Shown in pieces: positions 59,301 through 64,000 of a stretch of 64,000 nt of DNA. The notes below the pieces were generated by a model that made no database searches, was not told the DNA's origin, and saw nothing but the letters and a program-made list of their open reading frames with translations. The first letter of the stretch is position 1. The number at the start of each line of letters is the position of its first letter. Source of the DNA: Lama guanicoe. Lineage: Eukaryota. Where the stretch lies: contig MU057102.1 in the NCBI GenBank assembly GCA_013239625.1, positions 1,947,432 through 2,011,431 of the forward strand, written 5' to 3'. The translations under genes and the position numbers were made by a program.

Positions 59301-62300
59301 TGGAAAGGGCTGGAAAGTTCTAGTCTGTGACGACCCACTTTCTTCTTCCTTTCCTGCTGAAAGTTCTATTTCCAAACAAGACAAAACAAACCTGCTCCCA
59401 GCAGCATCTCGGGTGAGTATGGGCGAGTGAAGGAGTCACAGACTCTCCTTCTTCACATCCACCACAGGCAGGGGTGGGCCAGGGGGGATAAAAATCAGCC
59501 ACAAATTTAGCAAAAGCAGCCAAAAAAAAAAAAAAGAGGGCACAGTCTGATGCCAGAAGCTTCAACCAAGAAAAAGAAAAAAGCCAACAAATGATAAAAA
59601 TAAAAAGGTTTTGACAGGTTCTGCATCTGACCCACCGCTGAGTCCCCATCAGTTGTCCTGGGGAAGGAAGGCACATCAACAAAACCCTGAACATTCTTCT
59701 TGAGGCGGGGTGGCAGGGCAGCTAAGGGAGGTCAAGGGGAAGCCCTGCGGGGAGAGCCCAGCTGGCACCGCGGGGGTCGGCACCAGGCGGAAGGGCGCCG
59801 GGGCTCAGCACTGCGGTCTCTCTGGGCTCAAGACGTCAGTGCCCGAAAGCCCAGTGATGAGGACCGGGGGGCTGCTGACATCCGCAGACGGGGGGGATAC
59901 ACTGAAAGACAGGTGGACAGATGGGCGGACAGATGGGTAGGTGGGTGGGTGGATGACAGAAGGTATATGATACGCAAAAAGCAAACACAAAGTCTGGTCT
60001 GGAAGAAGACACAGCCTAGAGAACTTCAGGAATTCTTCAAGTTCTGTGAGAGAAAGGGGCCAATGCAAAGATGATTAGACCAAGTAAGGACAAAAATCAG
60101 TACTATTACAAAATGAATAAAAAGTAAAAAAGAAGCAAGATATGTCTAAGAAGTTAAAATAATGACATAGAAAAAAGACTTTAACAACCAAACTGCTTTG
60201 AGTAGAACTGACTGACTTTCTCAAAGAAGCAGAGGCAAGCCCCGCGGGCTCTAAGACAGTCCCCTGGCAAGGGGGGGAAAAGAAGCGGAGGGCCTAAACT
60301 TCCTGGCAGCCTGGCCGTCCCTGGGTGTGGGAGTTGGGTGGGAGGGGATCCTGGCAAAGCTGCTTGGTGCAAAGTAAAAAAAAAAAGAAAAGAAAGAAAA
60401 TAGGAGAATAAACTTTTATGACAACGAAGCTGCGCTGTGCCGGACCCCAGGTGCAGGCTGCTGGAAGGCTCCCTCCCCTCAAGGCGAGGTCTCAGGCCCC
60501 CACCAAGCTTCTGCCGCTGGGGGTCTTCAGTGTGAATAATTTGCCACGGGGCAGATCAGCAGCCCTTTGAGCCTCTCTGAAGTGCCAGAATGGTCTTCCT
60601 TTCCTCAGGGCAGAATCTGCCCCCACCCAGCTCACTTGCCCCTGGCTTGCCCTCCGAGGACTGACCCCCACGCCTGCCTTCACAGGGTGGTCTCTGGCTT
60701 GGGGCCCCTCTCCCTCTGTGGGCTGGGGGGGGCTGCACACAGGGCACCGGGCAGCCCCCCGACAGGGCAGCCCCGGAACCGACCGCACGGTGGGAACAGC
60801 TCTCATAAGAGGACAACGTGGGAACTGAACACGGCAGTTAATGACTCCAAATGAGCTCACTGACGAGGTTAACTGAACCCAAACTATTTCTGGGTGAGCG
60901 CTTTATTAGTCACCAGGACTAGGCCGGGCGGCTCGGTGGAGGCAGGCCTAGCTGGTGAGGAGGCCGCTTCCCAGAGCTGGCTCCTGACTCACCCCGGCAG
61001 CATAGGGCGCCCCCCTCACCCCAAGGAGCTGGCGCTGTGGGAGCTCCGGGCCCTTGGGGACCACAATCCCCAGCCCAACACAGAGTGTGGAACATCTCGT
61101 GTGGAGAGAGACACACTCCTGGGTCCCCTCAACTAGTCTCCATCCCCCGCTGGGCAGGGGTCCACAGCGGGGTCGGGGGCACCCCAGGAAGCAGGTGTCA
61201 GGACCTGGAGGGTCTGAGGCTGAATCTGGGGCTCTGGGGTGAGGTGGCGGAGGCCAGGGCCTGGCCCTGCCATCAGGCAGGCCTCAAAGTCTGAATTCCC
61301 ACTTCAGCTTGGTATCTACGTGACCCTCTTTCTGCTGAGGTGTTTTTACGTGTAAAGACAGCAGAATATAACACGTTCCTCCTAGAACTAACATGCAAAT
61401 GAAATGAGATGAGTTTTTCTTCTTATTTATAATCAGAAAAGAAACTGAAGGTGGAAAGATAATAAAAGCATAAATAAACTCCATAGAATACATGTAACTG
61501 TCTGGCCCAGTTCCTGAAATTCACGGTGTGCTCGTGAAATCATGACCATCCCCCGCCTCTGTCACAGAGGGGCCCACCAAGGGGAGGGCCTGTCCCCAGG
61601 GGCACTGGGTCTGAGGTGGAGAGGAAGGGCCGGGGTGGGGATCCCCCACAGGGAAGGGGGAGCCACTGCCACCAGCCAGGATACCACTTCCTTAGAAGGG
61701 ACACCCAGGCCTGTGAGTGGGGGACTTCCCACACTTGGGAAGTTTAGCTTTTTAAAAATTACAAAATGGAATATATAATCAAACTCCCTGGGGTTCCTGC
61801 ATCTACTGCTGACAAGAAAACTTTAGAAATAACAGAAGCTTAATGTTTATGAGTAGACTGATCATATTAAATACACTCAAATTTCCTGCAGAAATGAATG
61901 CCTTCTACCAGAAAAGACGACTGAGCACAGGGCAGAAAGGCCCAGCGCGAGCAGAACACTGTAAAAACCGCTCACTTTCAGCCTGGGTTTGGTTACAGGC
62001 CTCACTCCCTCTCACTAAGGAGGCTCTCCCACTCCTAGCTTAAGACTGATTAAATGACATGATTACCATTGTAATAAGATAGGTAACATCACTCTTTCAT
62101 TAAAAACACGTCCCCAAACACAAACCTAAGGATGTGTCTGGTCTCAGCCTCAGGTACCAGCACATCTCACACTTCCCACGCTGGACCGACGGACAGAGAG
62201 CGACCAGCTGCGCCTTCCAGGCCGGCAGACTCGGGCCCCACCTGCCCTCCAGGTACAGGGCCCCGGCCTGTCCAGGCACAAGCAACCCTTCCTAAGGCCC

Positions 62301-63227
62301 GTGACTGAAGTCATCAGTTGTAGGACAATAGAAAGTGTCAAGAAAGCGACATTCGGTTTCTCTTTAACTCCCAGTAAAGAAAGTGCCCTTGAACCCCATT
62401 ACTTTCCGCAGCTCTGACAGTCCTTGGGGCCCACAGCCAGTAAATAAATGAAATAAAGTGCTCTTCCATTTTGATAAACTATAAAACCCAACTCTCATAG
62501 ATAAAGAACAGAGTAATTAAAAACGTCCAAAAAGCAAAACAAAACCTGTGAGCGTGAGGACTTTGACAAGCATTAGAAGAAACGAGGAGCACTTGGAAGA
62601 ACGGAAGAGTCTTAAAAAATCCTTGAACTAAAATGATAAAGGTTACATCACAGAAATATCTTCAGCGAAACAGGACAACGCTGGCCCTTTCCTTCTTGGG
62701 TCGGCCTTGTTAAGAGAATTCCCACGCACAAAGTCATTTAAAGACAGAGTTTTGATTCCTGTGAATTCATTCCACTACCCTCAATTCAGCTATTAAATTT
62801 TAAGGCAAATTTAGCAACTGAGAGTCTCACCCGAATTTCCAGAATTGCTCAAATTCAGCAAGAGCTTTGACAACTTCACTTAATGCTGGCTTACAAGCTG
62901 GTTCTGCAACAAGGCACAGCGGGTTGTAACTTGCCAAGCACAGGTAGGCGCCAGGCCGCACCAGGCCTCGCCAGGCGTCGTTATCACACTGCACACGTCC
63001 CCCAACAAACCGCTTCCCCAACACGCTGCGGGCACTGGGAGAGACGGGGCCCCCGCAACTGGCCCTAACCCACCCCCCCCAAGCACTGTGGGGTACGGAC
63101 AGGCCAAGAAAACATCATCTACTCATGCTTAATAGGAAATATACTTCTACAATTTAAAAGCGTCATTAAAAATAATAAAAATATACATCAGAAAGTGTGA
63201 CTTACCACCATCAGACACAGTTGCAGA
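17122..63227 (-). CDS. RGS12: Regulator of G-protein signalling 12, 3' part (about exons 4-18); PDZ/PTB exons lie beyond the right edge
   Basis: Phase-consistent exon chain (except one gap-lost exon) encoding the RGS domain ([10 protein letters not shown]...[10 protein letters not shown]...[12 protein letters not shown]), two RBDs, GoLoco ([21 protein letters not shown]) and C-terminal ATFV. Confidence 0.97.
17621..17746 (+). repeat. Dispersed ~120-bp direct repeat, copy 1
   Basis: Aligns by eye to 20081-20205 with about 15 differences. Confidence 0.85.
20081..20205 (+). repeat. Dispersed ~120-bp direct repeat, copy 2
   Basis: Shares CTCTGCAGACACCCCATGCAA...CCCCTTGGGGGAGCTCAA with copy 1. 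Confidence 0.85.
24166..24171 (-). terminator. Candidate intronic polyadenylation signal for the RGS12 short isoform
   Basis: AATAAA on minus strand about 1.2 kb after the short-isoform stop; AATAAG (24084-24089) followed by a U/GU-rich tract lies nearby. Confidence 0.55.
25431..25889 (-). CDS. RGS12: RGS12 penultimate exon (GoLoco C-terminal part); reads through to a stop at 25396 in the short isoform
   Basis: Acceptor ttcttccgtag|AG; [32 protein letters not shown]...; internal donor CCAG|GTACCT. Confidence 0.94.
27258..27469. other. Assembly gap (212 N), probably hiding one RGS12 exon
   Basis: Run of N; flanking exon phases (0 then 1) are incompatible without an extra 3n+1 exon. Confidence 0.85.
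27817..27896 (-). CDS. RGS12: RGS12 exon (about 15)
   Basis: (V)[26 protein letters not shown]; ttcag| acceptor, donor ACG|GTAACT. Confidence 0.9.
29437..29533 (-). CDS. RGS12: RGS12 exon (about 14; end of RBD2)
   Basis: [32 protein letters not shown]; donor G|GTGAGC. Confidence 0.93.
31411..31537 (-). CDS. RGS12: RGS12 exon (about 13; RBD2)
   Basis: [42 protein letters not shown]; donor |GTGAGT. Confidence 0.94.
31974..32047 (-). CDS. RGS12: RGS12 exon (about 12)
   Basis: [24 protein letters not shown](R); aag| acceptor, donor CG|GTAAGA. Confidence 0.93.
32426..32620 (-). CDS. RGS12: RGS12 exon (about 11; RBD1)
   Basis: [28 protein letters not shown]...LFLVGGDK; donor AAG|GTAAGG. Confidence 0.94.
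32809..32832. repeat. (TC)12 microsatellite
   Basis: Read directly from the sequence. Confidence 0.95.
33637..33770 (+). mobile_element. Internally deleted MaLR (MLT1-family) LTR
   Basis: Starts TGTGGTGG...AAAATGGCCCCAAA and ends GCTTTGGGGTAGTTTGTTAGGCAGCAGTAGCTAACTGACACA; both LTR termini present in about 134 bp. Confidence 0.65.
34373..34449 (-). CDS. RGS12: RGS12 exon (about 10)
   Basis: (D)[25 protein letters not shown]; ttctag| acceptor, donor |GTGAGT. Confidence 0.93.
36261..36414 (-). CDS. RGS12: RGS12 exon (about 9)
   Basis: [51 protein letters not shown]; donor G|GTTGGT. Confidence 0.93.
36735..36914 (-). CDS. RGS12: RGS12 exon (about 8; end of RGS domain)
   Basis: [29 protein letters not shown]...STPKK. 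Confidence 0.95.
37614..37757 (-). CDS. RGS12: RGS12 exon (about 7; RGS domain)
   Basis: [26 protein letters not shown]...MFKEQQLQ. Confidence 0.95.
38460..38552 (-). CDS. RGS12: RGS12 exon (about 6; RGS domain)
   Basis: [31 protein letters not shown]; donor GAG|GTATGT. Confidence 0.95.
38993..39162 (-). CDS. RGS12: RGS12 exon (about 5; start of RGS domain)
   Basis: (E)[56 protein letters not shown]; donor |GTGAGT. Confidence 0.95.
41050..41800 (+). mobile_element. Ancient L1 relics: ORF2 3' remnant interrupted by an L1MA-type 3' UTR (about 41330-41620)
   Basis: GGGAAAACTGGACAACC...GGACCAAAGATGTAAATGTGAAAC (ORF2 end) and GTTTGAAAGCTGCTGACAGAGTGGACTTTAAAAGCTCCCACCACAAG...GTCAACTACACCTCAA (3' UTR). 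Confidence 0.7.
45225..45560 (-). mobile_element. Old L1MC-like 3' fragment
   Basis: TTTAATTTCAAACTTGTAGAAAG...CCCATATGCCCTCCACCCGGATTCC...GTCCAGTGTGTATTTC resembles a reverse L1MC 3' end. Confidence 0.5.
47575..47722 (-). mobile_element. tRNA-Ala-derived SINE (camelid Vic-1-like) with A-rich tail
   Basis: Minus strand reads GGGGTATAGCTCAGTGGTAGAGCATGCGCTTGGTGTGTGTGAGATCCTGGGATCAGTCCCCAGTGCCTCTG followed by an A-rich tail; A box intact, B box degenerate. Confidence 0.8.
48050..48400 (+). mobile_element. Old L1MC/L1MD-like 3' UTR fragment
   Basis: GGAGACCAAAGAACCATGACAAGTAAA...GTAGGAAATACACT...CAGCAACTCAATCTCAAATGGT...TTCTTTGTACT. Confidence 0.65.
48724..48759. repeat. (CAGGTGTGG)4 tandem repeat
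   Basis: Four perfect 9-bp units. Confidence 0.95.
49558..49829 (+). mobile_element. 5'-truncated laurasiatherian/artiodactyl-type L1 3' end with degenerate TSD
   Basis: CAGACTCACAGATACAGAGAACAAACTA...GATTAAGAGGTACAAACT...GTACAACACAGGGAATATAGCCAATATTTT...AACTATACTTCAA; flanks 49541-49557 and 49824-49840 match at 14/17. Confidence 0.85.
49940..50070 (+). mobile_element. L2 3' end fragment
   Basis: CTGTAAGCCTCATGAAGGCAGGGACTTTGTTTTGTTCACC...TTGTTGAACAAATGAATG. Confidence 0.7.
50323..50690 (+). mobile_element. MaLR LTR, old MLT1-family
   Basis: GACATCAGGCTTGACCCTGTGAAGTGCTTCAGCCAGTGAATGTGA...TAAAGCCATTAAGATTTTGGGATTATTTGTTATTGCAACA. Confidence 0.65.
53230..54570 (+). mobile_element. Ancient L1 ORF2 3' part / 3' UTR relic
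   Basis: GGCCTGGAATAACCAAAGCAA, GGAAAGGATTGTCTTTTCAACAAATG, ATTAAGATTAAAAACTTT, GTGGCCAAATACACACAAAAGGTGTTCAACC. Confidence 0.7.
56130..57325 (+). mobile_element. Ancient L1 5' region / ORF1 relic
   Basis: Translation [22 protein letters not shown] (about 57250-57315) resembles the L1 ORF1p motif TPRHIIIKLLKxKDKEKILKA; the left boundary is uncertain. Confidence 0.6.
63206..63227 (-). CDS. RGS12: RGS12 22-nt micro-exon (about 4; SATVSDG)
   Basis: Branch-like ttaac, long pyrimidine tract tctctctctcttttctttcag|TCT GCA ACT GTG TCT GAT GGT G|GTAAGT; phase 1 matches the next exon. Confidence 0.9.
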
Positions 63228-64000
63228 CTGAAAGAAAAGAGAGAGAGACATGAGTTAATGAGGCCTCATGACAGGTCAGGAAACAGCACGTGCACATGAG
63301 GAGCAAACCCAGGGACTCCGGAGGGTCTGAGGCTCGCGGGCAGTGTCCCGGGAGAGCTGCCACCTCTCCGAGTCCAGAGTCACTTCCAGTTCCGGAGTGA
63401 GCTCCGCCCAGCAGAGCCGGGGCCCAGGAGGGCGGAGGTGCCCGTCTTCACCGAGCAAACCCCAGCATGTCCGACAGCCGGGCTTACTAACAACCTCGGT
63501 GCAACAGCCTTATGGATGTCAGTCTAACCGGCCCCGGGCCAAAGGGGCAGGGCCCCCGCCCGCAGTCCAGCCGGCCCATCAGCACCCGCGCCCGGGGCCC
63601 AGGCCCGCCAGAGTGGGGATACAATACAGCCCCCAGTGGTGGCAGAGCAGGGGTGGCCCACAGCCCACCCGGGCCTCACCAGGTGGAGCGGGAACAGCCC
63701 CGAGCAGGCAGGCGTGGGGGGAGCTCCAAGCAGGGGCTGGAAGAGGTGGGAGACTCAGGAGAGAAGGGGTGCTGATCAAAGGCCTAGGAACGAGAACCCA
63801 GGCACCGCGCAGGAGGGCAGGTCCCGACCAGAGGGGGGGCGGCGGTGGAGGGAGGTCCCAGGGCGACAGGCACTCAGTCACTGAGCTCTGAGCAACTCAC
63901 AGAGGGGACATCTGAGCAAGACCACCTGGGGACACACGTGCAGGTGGGACAGCTCTGAGGCTTTGGAAGGTCACCCCCAGGGAGAGACAAGACAGGGAGG

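Noticed and set aside
1-64000. CRISPR arrays, operons, rRNA or prokaryotic defence systems
   Set aside because: The sequence is spliced mammalian DNA; no repeat-spacer array or such genes were seen.

Overview
GC-rich mammalian genomic DNA containing the conserved RGS12-HGFAC-DOK7 block, with all three genes on the minus strand. A tRNA-Ala-derived SINE suggests a camelid (inference). From right to left: (1) The 3' part of RGS12 runs from a 22-nt micro-exon at 63206-63227 to the last exon ending ...HHATFV* at 17122. It covers the RGS domain, two Ras-binding domains, the GoLoco motif and alternative long/short C-termini; one frame-required exon appears to lie inside an N gap. (2) HGFAC is complete and intact: 14 exons, 1962-nt CDS, 653 aa, with FN2-EGF-FN1-EGF-kringle-serine protease domains. 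(3) DOK7 exons 1-2 sit in a CpG island. The rest is intronic or intergenic, with MaLR LTR, L1, L2, MIR and SINE relics and two assembly gaps. Almost all supplied six-frame ORFs are chance ORFs of GC-rich DNA. I found no evidence of a wholly new gene system. The best leads are regulatory or splicing features: an out-of-frame uATG and a minimal in-frame intron in DOK7; a compact HNF1/NR5A/ChoRE-like HGFAC promoter module; a NAGNAG acceptor that toggles an HGFAC N-glycosylation sequon; an orphan consensus 5' splice site just upstream of the first RGS-domain exon; and a ~120-bp dispersed duplication. Exon numbers and human comparisons are from recall of the human orthologues and were not checked by alignment.
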